From the human T2T-CHM13v2.0 reference genome, Homo sapiens, in NCBI RefSeq assembly GCF_009914755.1, contig NC_060936.1: 64,000 nucleotides of DNA. One strand, written 5' to 3'. A model generated the notes under the pieces. It made no database searches and was not told the origin of the DNA. It was given only the letters and a program-made list of their open reading frames with translations. The position numbers and the translations under genes were made by a program. This document shows positions 42,004-58,861 of this stretch, in pieces (the stretch's first letter is position 1; every line of letters begins with the position of its first letter).

Positions 42004-42848
42004 TAAGCGCCCTCTGTGCTCTTCCCCAGTCTCATTCCCTCTCCCCTCAGAAAGAACCTCTCTCCTGAATTCTGTGTTCGTCATTCCTTTGCTGCTCTGT
42101 TTGCTCCCTAAATAATACATTATTTTTTTGGGTCTCTTCGTGAGTGGTGTGTAAGTGAAGTTATACTCTGGGTGTCCTTTGGTGCCGCCCCTCTTTCACT
42201 AAACATTGCATTTGGGAGACTCTTTCACATTGAAATGTGTCGCAGTGATTCACCCCCTTCTACAGCTGTATGCTCTTCCATTCTAGGAATGTTCCAGGAT
42301 TTATCCGTTTTACAGCTGACATTTGGGTTGTTGCCTGTCCTTTGCTCCAATCAACAAGGCTGCTGTGAACATTTTTGTATGTGTATCCCAACACAGACAG
42401 GCCTGAATCCTCCAGGTTCAGTGTCTACAATGGCTGGGTCATATGTTCACTGCATCTTCAACTTTGCCAGATGGTGACAAACTGTTTTCCAAAGTGGTTG
42501 TCCAGGTTGATCCCCGCTCTGGCGACACAGAGGTGTTCCGATCATGGTGCATTGTTGTTAATGCTCATTGTCAATGCTCATTGCCAGACTATTCAGACAT
42601 TGAGTGCTGCCTGCGACTATCATTCAGTGCCCAACTTGGGTTCATTTGGGGAAGAACCCCAAAGAGGAGAACAGGCTGCATTCCCCAATATTAACTTCGC
42701 GGTAATACAGCTGACATTTTGATCTACATCTGCCTTACATCTTTGTCTCTTTTAGTTGGTTGAGAACTTGGGTGCCTCCTAAGGGCGACCTAAAGACCAC
42801 TAGCTATGCCGTCTCTGATAACTTAAATGCCCACGGCCTCTCATTCAC

Positions 42849-42972
42849 CTGAGATGGGAAGATTACTTGAGCCCAAGAGGTCAAGGTTGCAGTGAGCTAT
42901 GATGACGCTACTGCATTCCAGCCTGGGTGATGGAGTGAGATCAGACCCTGTCTCCCAAAAAATAAAAAAAAT
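42849..42972 (+). mobile_element. Alu right monomer (FRAM/AluJ fragment)
   Basis: 'gattacttgagcccaagaggtcaaggttgcagtgagctatg'. Confidence 0.85.
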
Positions 42973-43748
42973 AACCTAAGGATTCCAAGGATGCAAAATA
43001 ACAAAATTACAATAATCCGCAAAGCTAGGAAGGTGGGACATGGTTAACTTACCATCTGTTCGACTGCCACTCATCTTTCAAAACCCACTTCAGAATTATC
43101 TTTTGTCTGAGCAACTTTACCCAACTTCCTCATTCAAAGCGCCGTCCCAAACCCAGCTAACCCGGAACGTGGGCTGGACTTTTCTCTCCTTCCACGGAGC
43201 TCTGTGATCACCCCAGCTCACAGCTCACTCCAGATTCTGAATTCCTAGGATTTGTTTGTAGATTCAGCTTTTTTTGTTATTTAATCATATTCTGTTAGCC
43301 CATTGTGGAGTGTAAGTCTGGCTTTCTTAATTTGAGGTCATCTTAGGTTTTCTTCTTCATAGGACCAGTGCAGTGTTTGCCCTAGCTCATTCTTTCAGGA
43401 AGTTATTGGTAGCACCCATTATGTGTCAGGCCTGATGATCATGGCTGAGGAATCAAAGAAACTGAGTCCCTTGCCCTTGATGGAGACATGCTTTTCAGGA
43501 GAAATGCAAGAAATAAATGAGAGTGATCTGATGTGGCTTTGATGGGAGGAATATCCAGATTATTAAGGAGAGTTTCTTTGAATGAAGAAGTTGGGTAAAG
43601 CTGCTCAAACAAAAGATAATTCTGAAGTGGGTTTTGAAAGGTGAGTGGGAGTTGAACAGATGGTAAGTTGACTATGTCCCACCTTCCTAGCTTTGGAGAT
43701 TATTGTAATTTTGTTATCTTGCAACCTTGGAAACCTTTGGCTAATGTG

Positions 43749-44040
43749 TTTTTTTTGGGAGACAGGGTCTCACTCTGTTGCCCAGGCTGGAGTGTGGTGG
43801 TGTGATAACAGTTCACTGCAGCCTTGACCTCCTGGGCTCAAGTAATCTCCCCATCTCAGCCTCCTGAATAGCTGGCACTACAGGTACATGCCACCATGCC
43901 TGGCTAATTTTTTAAGTTTTTGTAGAAATGGGGTCTCCCTATGTTGTGCAGTCTGGTCTTGAACTCCTGGGCTTAAGCAATCCTCCTGCCTCAGCCTCTC
44001 AAAGTGCTGGGATTAAAGGTGTGAGCCACTGTGCCCAGCC
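43749..44040 (-). mobile_element. AluJ
   Basis: Antisense dimer. Confidence 0.93.
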
Positions 44041-44269
44041 TAAAATTATTTTTAAAGGTAAATACTAATGAAAATTGACAAACATCTTCTCAGTATCCAT
44101 GGGTGTTTGACTCTGGCCACTAGAGCATTAGAAGTTAGTTGGGAAATCAGTGCCAGTGGTGCCTTTTATGCATTCCTTTGTTTATTTAAATATATAGTTT
44201 ACATCTGTTGGATATTTGAATAAAGGATAAGGAAAAACAGACAAACCCTATTCTTAGAACTGTGACTGC

Positions 44270-44860
44270 CCTGGCTTCTGTTCTGACCTCGAAGCGGTCA
44301 GACGACTCCAGCTGGTGACAGCAGCTGATCTCTGCACGACAGAGGTGCGTCTCTGAGCATTTTTCAGCCATTTAGATCAGACTGTGGGTCTGATCACAGT
44401 GACCAGAACTGCAGAGAGTTGTTTTGGGCATTTGGCTAATTAGAACAAAGCCACCAGGTGAAAGGAACTATCCATCCCGGACTTTGTTCTAATAATCATT
44501 AGATGAGATTTCTGACGAGTAGGCCATGGGCTATGCTTGATTTCAGGCATCTCAATGCTGTCTGGGGGTGTCCGTCAAGGCTGAATGGCTGGAGTGGAGT
44601 TGGGAATGAGAGGATGCTTTTTCTCCATGGGGTAACTTCGAGAGTGCATTTGTGTGGGTGTGAGTCCCTCGTGCCTTTGGGGGCTGCCTGTCTGTTAAGC
44701 AGTGCTTGCCTATGCCCTTGGCCTTGACCTGACCCTTGTTGGTGTGGCTGTCAGTCAAATGGCGGAAGCGCTGGCGTCTCCCCTGACAGCTGGTGCAGTA
44801 ACAACTGTCAGCGCCGGTGAAGTCAGCTTGCTTTCCAAGAGGCACGTGTAATGTTTAAGT
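44270..44860. promoter_or_regulatory. Candidate enhancer (TALE plus E-box cluster)
   Basis: GCTGTCAGTCAA 44747-44758, TGACAGCTG 44784-44792, CAACTGTCA 44802-44810, CAGCTGGTGACAGCAGCTG near 44309; retained CpGs. Confidence 0.4.
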
Positions 44861-45051
44861 CTGAAGAGAGGAATTGATTGAGGGTTTGGACTGTTGAAAG
44901 GTAGGCAGGGAGAGGTGCAGCCCTTCCCGGCAATCCAATTTGGGCATAACTTTGGATTCTAATCAAACGGTCTTTCATCACACTGTCTTACCACATGCGA
45001 TTTTAACGTAGAGGTTGCGAGTCAGAAGGCTATGAGCTGGATTTGTGGGTA

Positions 45052-45822
<771 letters not shown>

Positions 45823-46136
45823 CGACGTTAAAAAAAGTTGGACAAATGGCTACTGTTTAAAAACAGAAATTTTATGTAAAAGCCTGGATTTTTGGCATCT
45901 CTAGAAAAATCAGATCTATTCACAGAGGGCCAGCATTCTCCGATGGGAAAAGTCTGGAACTCTGCAGTGTGCCCAAGTCACCACCACTTCCAGTTGTCCT
46001 AAAACCAGCCTGCTTCTCCCAGTTGTGTTTTGTGTCAAGACTCTCTAGGTTTCTAAGCTTGCAGCCGCTTGTTTCGTGATAGATCTGGGATGGAAGTGTT
46101 GGAAAGAGCCTATCTCTGGCTTTCTGGTTTCTAGAG

Positions 46137-46358
46137 CAGAGGTTGGCAAACTACAGCCGGTGGGTCAAATGTGGCACTCTATGTGTTTTGATAGACAAAG
46201 TTTTATTGAAAAGCAGCCATGCCTATTCATATACATATTGTCTACGGTTGCTTTCGCACCGTAACCCCAGGGTTGAGAAGCTTCAATAGAAACCATTTGG
46301 CCTGTAAGGTGGAAAACATGTACTTTCTAGCCCTTTACAGAAAGACTGTGCTGACCCT
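46137..46358. mobile_element. MER58A
   Basis: 'cagaggttggcaaactacagccggtgggtcaaat..ccctttacagaaa'. Confidence 0.85.
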
Positions 46359-47271
46359 TATTCTGGAGAATCAAGAAATCCAGATTTTTATGTGAATTCT
46401 CCTTGTTTTTAAGTGAGGGCAACAAACTCATATTGGTTTTTAATTTCAAAAATTTAACTGTCAATCAAGGTCATCTTTCCATGTCAAAAATGGGAATCTC
46501 CATCTTTTTTTTTTTTTTTTAAGATAAATGGAGTAATATGAGTCATTTAACCAATTTTTTATTAATGGGTATGCAGGCAGTTATAAGTTTATATAAACTA
46601 GTGAGGGCTGGCTAGGTATTGAGCATTGAGCTTCTTTTTGGGGATGGGGTGGGAATGAGCGAGTGGGGTGTTTAACCCAGAGTTTAGAAAGCCAGCAAAC
46701 TATGCCATTATTTTTATCAAATGTTCATGTTTGGTTTTTAAAGGCAAGATATGAAACACTGGCCTTCCCTGTCCATGGAAGGCTCTGCAAGAAAAAACAG
46801 AACTTAAAAATACAGCAGAAAAGAATTGTTTTGGTTGTAAGGAGGTAGCTTTTGTTGCTCAAGGTGGTGAACCCTGGAAAGAGTGACTGAGAGAAACTCT
46901 TGAATTTCCCTCTCTGAAGACCCTCTAAGAGGCAATAACTCTGCCCAGGTTGGATGTAACCCAGCGAGGGAAGATCTGTTTGGCCACCTCTGCTCCAGCA
47001 CAAATGGCTCCCTCTAGCCCGGCACTGAGAAAGCTTCTGTGTCTACCTTGCCCAACAGGAAGAAGTGCCATGCTGGGTACAGACAGGGGTCATTGGTAGT
47101 GGAGGTATTTGGGCATTTAACCATACCTTTGCCATCCCTGGATTAGAGACCAGGAGCTGGGTCAGCTGATCACATGTCCTTCTGAGCTCCAGGGTCCTCA
47201 TCTGTGATTGGCTGACTCCATTAGTCTATACAAGGCCATTGCCAGGTAGGTCCATCCCAGGCTATAGGGCT

Positions 47272-47828
47272 GTTTGAAGGGTATGCATAGAAAAATAAAT
47301 GCAGCAGGCCTGAGACTGTTATCCCTAGAAAGGCCTGCTTACAGGGTTGACCTTTGGCTGGTGTTTGGGAGCTTGGCACTTGGACTATTCCCTGAATAAG
47401 TGTGTGTCTTGGTTCCTAGACTGTACAAACCATGTGACTTATGGTGAACACTTGCTTTCCTTCTGGGAATCTGGAATATGGGTACATGCTAGGCAGAGGG
47501 GTCTATGTGACTAGTCCCCAATACAAACCCTGGGCACTGAGTCTCTGATGGGCTTCCCGGGACAGAAACAGCATGCATATGTTGCTGTGTTTTTCTTGCT
47601 GGAAGAAGAGTGTGCTTTGTGTGACCCTCATGGGAGGAAGAGAGAATATAAGGAAGCTGGTGCATGGATTTCTACAAAATCTGCCTGTGTCTTTTCCCTT
47701 GTTGATCCTGTTGTATATCTTTTTGCTGTAATAAGCCTTAGTCATAAGTCCAACCAAATGCTGAGCTCCATGAGATCTTCTAGTGAATCACTAAACATAT
47801 GAGAGTGGTCTTGAGAAACCCTCTAACA
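47272..47828 (+). mobile_element. MER68/MER21-type ERVL solo LTR
   Basis: 'aggcctgagactgttatccctagaaaggcctgctt', 'ccctgggcactgagtctctgatgggcttccc', 'tctagtgaatcactaaac'. Confidence 0.75.
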
Positions 47829-48244
47829 GGATGGTTCATTGTAAACTCAATTCCACCATTAAAACAATTCAGAGTCCCTGCCTTGATGAAGATGATAATG
47901 ATACATGTATCAGTGATTATATTAATAACTAACACTTAAATTACACAATGTGCCAGGTGCTGTTTTAACACTCTACATAGATTGACTCATTTCATTCTCA
48001 CAACCATCCTTAGAGGTAGGTATTACTTTTATCCCTCAGTTTACAGATGAGAAAACTGAGACACAGAGAGAGGAAGTGACCTGTCCTTCGTCACCCAGCT
48101 CATAGGTGGTGGAGCTGAGAATGAAACTCCCAGGCTGCGAATGGCAGACACTTGGGATCCTCCAAAAACGTAGGACTCTCCGTGGATTGGTAATTGGAGC
48201 CAGTGCCTTCTTGGAAACTAGCTTTAGTCTAAAGAAGTTAAATA

Positions 48245-48402
48245 AGGAGGATATTAAATGTTCCCAACACAAAGAAATAAATGTTTGAGATGATGGATAT
48301 GCCAATTACCCTGATCTGATCACCATGCATTATTTGTATAAAAACTTCACTATGTACTCCATAAATATGTGCAATTATTATGTGACAATTAAAAAAATAA
48401 AA
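48245..48402 (+). mobile_element. L1MA-type 3' terminus
   Basis: 'atgttcccaacacaaagaaataaatgtttgagatgatggatatgccaattaccctgat' plus A tail. Confidence 0.85.
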
Positions 48403-49727
48403 AGTATTTTTTAAAAAGAGGCTAACTTAATTGGTCTTCGCCTTTTAACGGAGGGTGTATCAGTGAGAATAAGCTGGGATAACGAAGCATGTCAAAATGC
48501 CAATGGCTTAAAATAACAAGGTTTATTCCTTGCTCAATCTGAGTGTCCATCGCACCTGGCCATGGGCTCTGCTCCCTGCCTCCCTCCCCTGGACCTAGGC
48601 TGCCGGAGGAGCAGCCCGTCTTCACTTGCTGTGGGATGTCAGGGCGCTGGGAGCAGATGCTGCTGCTCCCCTACGCCGGGACAGCTCACGTCTCATTGGC
48701 CAGAGTAGTCACATGACCCCACCCAGGCACTGGGAAGCCAGGAAGTGAGTCCTACTGTGCGTCCTCAGGGCAGATAGTACAACTCTTCGGTCAGCAGCAC
48801 GGGGAATGCTCCAGCGAGGATTAGGAAGGAAACCAGACTTTTGATTTCCCTGACTCCAGACTTTGCGGGAAGAATGCTCATTGAAGGAAGATTTGGGAGT
48901 TGAGAGGAGGGGGTAGGAGTGAGCTGATTATTATCAAAGGCAGAAGTGAGAAAACGGGGGGCTGATAGTTAAGTCCTTTCAGAGCAAATGAAAGTGATTT
49001 CCATGACAACAATTCAATTAGAAAGCGACATGAAGTTCTCTGTGAGGGAACGCTGGGGAATTACCACACAATGAACCCTAAGCATTTTGGCCTTGGGGTG
49101 GAGAGGGGTGAGAAAGGCCCCAGCAGGGGACCCCCAGCGGTTCCTGGATACAGGGCATGCCTCCCTAGTGGGAAGAGTCACCCCTTCCAGCACCCAGGGG
49201 AGGGAGGAGGGAAGAGGTTGGCAGAAATATGCAAATGCGGAGTGGGTGTGAGCAGGAATGGGCCAGGGCAGGCAGGGAAGCCCGGGGACTGGGGCGGGCG
49301 ATTGAGGAACCTGTGTTTTGCTTCTGAGGTGGGTTGGCTTGGGATGTGGGTTGCTTGGTAGGGTTGGAGAATAGATGTTGAAATGTTTCCCCACACAATT
49401 AAAATTCAGACATGGGTGGTGGCGGGAGAAAGTGGGAAGGAGGCCACAGGATGTGGTGGAAAAAAACCAGGCTTCGAAAGCCCACCCCGGTGGCTTTGAA
49501 TCAGTTTTCCCCTCTTGCTTTCTGTGTTTGAGCTTAAGTTCCCTTAGCCTCAATTTTCTTGACCATAAAACAGAGCTCAGTTTGCCAGTTAGCAGAGCGA
49601 CGGTGAGCACTGCATCACGTAGCGTAATATTGGGCACACAGAAGGTGCTCTCTACAATGTCCCTCTACTCCCCTCCCTTGGATTAGGGATGAGGGTAAAG
49701 TGATTTCATCTCAGGTGCAAACTCTGA

Positions 49728-50350
<623 letters not shown>

Positions 50351-53300
50351 TCAGCTCATCCAGGCTTGTCCTCTTCTGCAAGGATCAGTTCAGACTGCCC
50401 TGCAGGGAAGCTCCTCCAACCCACCCCTGCCCTAACCATTCCACAACCAAAGGATGCCATCTGTTTCTGACTTCTCATAACACTCTCCGCGTCTTCCATG
50501 GCCTGCACACACATCTCATGGCACCTCATGTGGGCACTGGTGTCCTTTCCTCATGCCTATTGCTGACCTCTTAGTGACTGTGAGGCCCAAGGGCAGCTAT
50601 GTTGTCCCCTCCCCTTTGTTGGGGACAAAGGGAATATGATTTTGTGATTTAATTGGCAGAGCTTGGATGTGGCAATCAGAGATCCTAGCTAGGGCTCCCG
50701 GTGCTGCTGCTTGGGGATGTGTGACTGTCCCTAAATCTTTTGACCTCTCTGAGCCTCAGATTCCTCTTCTAATAACACAGAGTCACTGGGAGCACGCAGG
50801 GAGATGTGTGTGCCTGGTGCATTCTGAGCTCTGGGTGCATAGTAAGCACTTGGCTTAATACCTGGTAGTGTTCTCTTTCTTTCCTTCCTGGCCCTGGTTC
50901 CTTGAACAACCATTCCAATGTGGTCCTTATATCTTTCTTTGGGACGGCCCTCCAAGTGTTTGTTGGGAGTCCAAGTGGTACAGCCCGAGAGCTTGGTGCA
51001 GGAGAAAGCGGGTATTCTGTTCACTCATGGAAAGACCCAAAGATCATGGGAACCGCAGCATCAAAGGCAGCCCCACTTTAGGCAGCAGCTGTGTTCGCGC
51101 ACAACTGTATGCAATTTCAATTTGATTAGCTTTAACATGAGCCCCCTTTTACAAGTCCCAGGGGACTTGCCAATTAATGATCTGTTTGGCAAATCCTTTT
51201 GTAAAATGCAGAGTCACCAAATTGTTCTGCTTTGTGGTTCTGGATTCGTACATATTAGGTTTTCTTCAAGTAGGTACTATTTTAGCAGTGAAACCTCCTT
51301 ATATTCTAGCCAAGTTTTTGAGCTTCAGTAGTCAAAATTACTATTTATTTAAATCTGTTGAATATGTATTATATTCCGGAAAGCTATTTTCAACTCATGA
51401 AAATTAAGTGAGAAAACTAGAGTTACCAGGGTCCGTCTTCTGTTCCTGCTGTGTACCCGACTCTCGCTGGCGGTCCTGGCAGATGCTCAGCTGTCCTTGA
51501 TAAAGGAACAGGAGTGCTAAAAACCAGGAAGATGCTGAGAACAAGTAATCTGGCCCGGGAAACATGTAATTACCATGAGTGCCAGTCTCTGTAATGAAGC
51601 GTTGATAGGGCCAAGTCCAGAGCATAAATTACCAGGGAAGGGGGCAAGGTAAGATGTCGCGTCCAACAATTTAGCCTCCGAGTAGCTTCCGGCAGCTGTC
51701 CTGTAATGCGTCTTGTCTGGTGCAGACCAAGGCAGATGCATTCCAGTGCATTCCACCTCAAAGGGAGATAAGCATGGAAGGAGTCAAGTGAGACTGTTGG
51801 TCTGTCTGCCACTCCCTCTGGAGAGATACTAGGAGTTTCAGTAGTGTTTGCTTGTTGTCGCAGAATCCTAGATTTCCAAGACAGACTTTGAGATCAACCC
51901 TCTCATTTTACAGATAAAGGAATCGAGGTCCAGGAAGGGGAGTAGAATTACCAAAGCCTCCAAGTGAGTCAGTAGCCATGGTTGGTACTTGAACTTCCAT
52001 CCTTTGACTTGGTTTACCTTTGTTACCCCACTCAGTTCTACCCCAGGATGGCCAGAGGAGACCAGGCTTGACTGACAGCCCTGTTTCCTAGGGGATGTCA
52101 CTGTCTAGGTAGAGGTAAGGGATTTTTCCTTCTATGGTAGGTGATTTTTTGTCTTATTATTTGTTTAGTGAATTTTTCTGCATAGATGTACATGTACATA
52201 GCTCAAAATTCAAAAGGGATACACTGATAATTCAGTCTCTCTTCCTCCTACACCTGTTCCCCAGCCTCCCTCACCTCCCTCCCAGATGCAGCCAGTGTTA
52301 CATGAATCTTTGCAGAGATTTTTCTATGCATGTATGAGCCATCACCTATTTTTGATTCATTCACTCGTTCAGCAACTATTTGTTGAGCACTGTGCATGTG
52401 CTGGGCTCTGCTGTAGGCACGGAGCTGTAGCAGTCGACAGAACAAAGACCCCGCTGCCGTGGAGCAGGGGTTAGACCGCAAAGATCTCTCTTCCTCCCCC
52501 CTGCTCCCTTCTTATACCCCCAGTTCTGTGCTTTTGTTAAACCTGAACTTTATATCTTCAAGGGTCTTCCATGCCAGTTTGCGTAGCATTGTCTCTTTTT
52601 AATGATGGTGTTTCATTTCATCACGTGGATATACCATAGTTTCTTTTGCCAGTATCTGGTGGATAGACATTCAAATCGCTTCTGCGTTTTTTTTATTTGC
52701 TGTTATAAACGATGCTGCAGTGTTCTTGTATACATTTCCTTTTGCACTTGTGAGAGTAGATCTGACAATTTATTGGCCAATGTAGCTAAAATATCCAGAG
52801 AAGTGGACAGGCAGGGCCATATTCAGGTGCACGAACCATGTCATTTGGACCTGGTCTGTGAGTCCTGCTTTGCTCTGTGTTGGCTTTATTTTCAGAGATA
52901 AGAAGGCTTATTAAGTCCTTATTCTATTATATTAACTACACACCTACAATGTGCCACATGTCTTAGATGCTGGAGATATAGCAGGAAGAAAACACACCCA
53001 AATCCTGGCCCGCATGGAGCTGATATTGTAAGATACCCCACACCATCAGTCAAAGGTTTGTATTCTCCCAGGTTGGAGGGAAAAAGAAAACCTCCTTCCT
53101 CCCCATAGTAACAAGTCTCAGGATTGGATCTCATTGGACCAACTTGTGTCATGTGACAATCTCTGACCCAATCGTTTTGGCTGAGGGCAGGAGTACAATA
53201 AACTGATTGGTCAGGCCAGGGCCTCTGGAACCAGAGGGTGGAGTTAACCTTCCTAAGAACCGGGTGGACTGAGGTTGAGTGAGGGATTTCCGCAAAAATG

Positions 53301-54544
53301 AAGAGTGAAGATTTCCTGGCTAGCACTAATGTTAGCTACAATGGTAGATAGAGTCAGAGGCAAAGACATAGCTAAAGGAACTACAGGAAAGAGCCAGAAG
53401 GGAGAGAGGAAGCCAGAGCTGCGTGGTCGTGGCTCAGCGTCTAGGCCCCAGTGAGTAGTCCTGGGCACTCCCAGCTGAAGCCTCCCTTTATTTTGCTGAG
53501 CTCTGGGCATCCATCCAGCGCTGGACTGAGCCAGTGAGAGAGGGGATTCACACCATTCAAGCATGATGTGGAGATTTCAAAGCACATGGTGAAATTTCTT
53601 TCCCAAAGTGAGTCAGACCCAGTGTTCACCAGGTGAGGCCACCTGGGCACAGGTGGTTCCCACAGAAGGAGTCCTAGTTCCCTTGGGGCTGCTCCCAGGT
53701 CTCCTAGCCCCCACCCATACCCCAGATCCCTGGTAGCAACATGAGGGAGACCCCAGGTCTGGCCGCTGCCCCATCATACTCCAGGGCCTGGCCTGGGGCG
53801 TCGCCAAGTGGCCAGGGGGCAAAGCGTTTCCCAGCAATTGAGCAGGGCCTGGGGAGGTAGAGGAGAACCTGGGGTGGTGGGGGGCATCATTTAACATTAG
53901 AGAAGGTAAACATCCTTGACAGGGAGTTTTAAGGTGCTTTCTGCGCCTAGACACCCTGTGCAAGGGTAAGAGAGGCAAGAGCATTTCACTCAGGGCCTAT
54001 TTACTGAGGACCAGCCATGGGAAACAACCATGCTCAATTCCCCATTAACTCGAAATGAATCATCCTCATATGTTTATCGAGGTCACCCTAGCGCCAGGTA
54101 CTTTACATGTATACCTTTCATCCTCACCACAGCCTTCTAAGGCAGGGATTATTTTATCTTTGTTTGGCGGATGAGAAGAGAGAAGCACAGAGAAGTTAAT
54201 TCACTTGCCCAAGATCACACAGCCAGTAGCGGGAGAACCAGCACATAATCCCAGGCATTCTGCCTCCGGAACTCATGCTCTTGGGTACAGCCTTCTTCTG
54301 CCTTTGTGTGTCAGGGAGAGCACTGGCACAGAACTAAGCCCTGCTGCTTGCTCTGACACCAAGTAACTGAATGATCATGGGCAACTGTCATTGAATAGTG
54401 CCGTGCCTCAGTTTCTACATATAGAGAATGGGATACCAGCCTGACTCTGGGTTCTTCAAGGATCTGGTGAAGTATTTGGCAGGAACACCTTTTGGTGGGA
54501 AAATATAATAAAATAATAAATATTAGTATAATAAAATAATAAAT

Positions 54545-55428
<884 letters not shown>

Positions 55429-55850
55429 AGTACACATAATTTAAATTATTTCATTCTCTAGCACCTAAGTAACTATTTTTAAAGGTACCATTTCCAAGCT
55501 TTTAAAGCACATGTAGACCAATACTCAGATGAAAACAAAAAGGGCCTTAATCTCCCTGCCCAAATAACCTCAAGGGATGAATTTTTTCTGTTTTGACATT
55601 TAAACAGAAAATGCAAGTAATATTAGTAGAAGGACAAAAAACGCAAACCACAGAATGATGCAAAACAAAAATGAAACCTCCCTGCATAGTCTCTCTCCAA
55701 AGGTAACCACTTTACAGTTCTAGAGGATCGCTTCCAGAACAAACAAATGCACATGCCAGAATTATACCTTCCCTTCTAAAAAATACTAGGGAACACACTA
55801 CTTACACTATTATGCATCTTGCTTTTTTCACATTATTCTATACCTCTTAG

Positions 55851-56526
<676 letters not shown>

Positions 56527-56669
56527 TCACTTATTCACTTATTTTTGTAACTCATCTCATATTGCTGGTTACTTTGGTTGTTTCCAGCTTTTTTGTTACT
56601 ATGGGCATGCTGTGTGGGTATTCTTGGAATCACATCTAGGACCATGTTACGCTTGTATTTTTAGGTTTT

Positions 56670-56852
56670 TTTCTTGGCATTTGGGGTAAAATAGTTTTTT
56701 GTTGCAGGGGGCTGTTCTGCGCATCGTGGGATGTTCAGCAGCATCCTGGACTCCTCCCACTAGATGCCGGTACCACTCACTCCCCAAATTCGTGACAACC
56801 AGATATTGCCAGATGTCCCCCTGGGGGCAAAATCATCCCTGGTTGAGAACTT
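56670..56852. mobile_element. MER20
   Basis: 'ggatgttcagcagcatcc..cccactagatgcc..gtgacaacc..attgccagatgtccccctgggggcaaaatc..ggttgagaac'. Confidence 0.88.
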
Positions 56853-58861
56853 TTGTTTTAGGGGTATTCCTCACAGTGGGGTGCTGGGTGGGAGTTTTCT
56901 TGTAAATTTACCCCAGGCTGCTGATGGTAGTTGGCTGGTGGGCTGTGGCCAAGCTCAAAGGGCAGGCGGGGCCATGCAGAGGCAGCAGGGGACTGTGGCT
57001 TGGGGTTGGCTCGTAGGCAACGCTGAGTTTTCTAAACCTTATTGCAAGGAGTTAAGCAGTTACCACACCTTACCTATTCTTAAGAGAATTTGTCCAAGCT
57101 TTGATGGGCTTGACCTGGAGTGTTCTCAGCAATGTGTGTCTTGTACTTCTGGCTCAGGGGTTCTGACCCCTTCCTGGCTGAGGTGGGTTCTGAGTCCCAT
57201 ACTCTCTGCCAAAGGAATCTGAAGTATTTATATATTTATAATAAGCAAACTCACACAAACACTGAACAACCTGGCCTTTCAAGAAGGTTCTTCTCTTCTT
57301 CCTAAAATGAAGATAGAATTGTTATTTCAAAAGCGGTGGCACAAGGCACCCTTCTGGTGCTTTCCTTGTGTTAACTTCTTTAATCGGCACAAGAACCCAC
57401 CTGCCATGATCATCATCCCCATTTTACAGGAGAGAAAACTGAGGCTCAGGGAGTACACATGATTTGCTCCAGGTTGCATCACTCTTAAGTGGTGAAGCTG
57501 GGATTTGAAACCAGGAAGTCTAGTTCTGGCATGGGTTCTACCCACCCCTGTATTTGGAGGTCCACACTATTTGACAATGGAACCCAGACAGAGAATAACA
57601 ATAGTGGCATGGATCACACACCTGCCACATGCTGGGCTGGTTCTAGCTGCATTACACGTGTTAGCACATTTACTTCTCAGAGCAGATGCATAAGTAGATA
57701 CTTTCATCAGCCACACTTTGCAGACAGAGTCTGAGGCACAGAGACATCAAGTCACTTGACTGAGGTCACACAGCTAAGAAGTGGCCAAACATGGATCTGA
57801 GCCCAAGTGGCTCCAGGGTGCATGGGCTCAACCATCGGGCCACACTGTCTCTGGACAGAGGGAAGCAGTGTTTCTCATGCTACAGCAGTCTCAAAAGTCC
57901 TCACCTTGGGAAGGTTTCCAAGGCTTTTGGACAATTTATCCCCTAGTCATGCTGCTGACATATCTGGGCGCTCTTCAATCCCCCAATTATAATCCATCAT
58001 GCTTTATGTCCCCCTTAAATCAAAGATATACCATGTCAGCAAGAGGAAGCCTGGATATGCCGTGTGTGTTTTTCTAGTGGTGATTGTTTCTTCATTAGAG
58101 CCTACAAAGTCGGTATGTTTTAAAATCCAAAACTGGAACAAAATGAAAGCCGTCCGTGAATCTTGGCTGAGTTTGGGCCGTAATTCATTCAAGTAGCTCA
58201 TTACGCATCGGAATTACCCAACTGCCGAAGCTTCTGAACAGCAGGCAATTCTAGAGCTTCACTTTCAACTTTCTGCTCTTATTGATTTATGAAACCTTAC
58301 TACCTTCAAAATCATGAAATATTCCAGGCATGCAAAGAGGCACAGAGAATATTTTAATGAATATCGTGCACCCACCACCCAACCGAGGAAATAAAGCCTG
58401 ACAGTTACAATCGATGCTCCTGTAGACTCCTCCCAGATTTCCTTCCTTCTCGCTCTCCCTAGAGATTACCACTGCCTGAATTTAGCAATTTTTCTTAAGT
58501 TTGCTATCCATATATGTAATCATAAACTACATGAGGCATTGTGTGTGTTTAAAAACTTTATATAAATGGCATCTTGCTAAACATATCCTTCCGCAATGTG
58601 TTCATCTTGCCACGTTGGTGGGACTCATCTGTGCTGATCTATATTGCTGTAGTTTATTTCACTGCTGCATAGTATTCTGGTATATGAATATATCACGGAA
58701 TATTCATCTGTCCTCCTGCTGATGGGCATTTAGGCTGCTTGCTGTTTCTTGCCACGGTAAACAATACTACAGTGAGTGTCCTGGTACATCTCCTTGTGTA
58801 CAAATGCAAAACTTCCTCCAGAGTGTATACTTATGATTGGAATCACTGGAGTTCAAGGCAT

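Noticed and set aside
49014-49637. Longest ORF (207 aa, minus strand)
   Set aside because: No recognisable domain; partly MIR-derived; GC-rich chance ORF.
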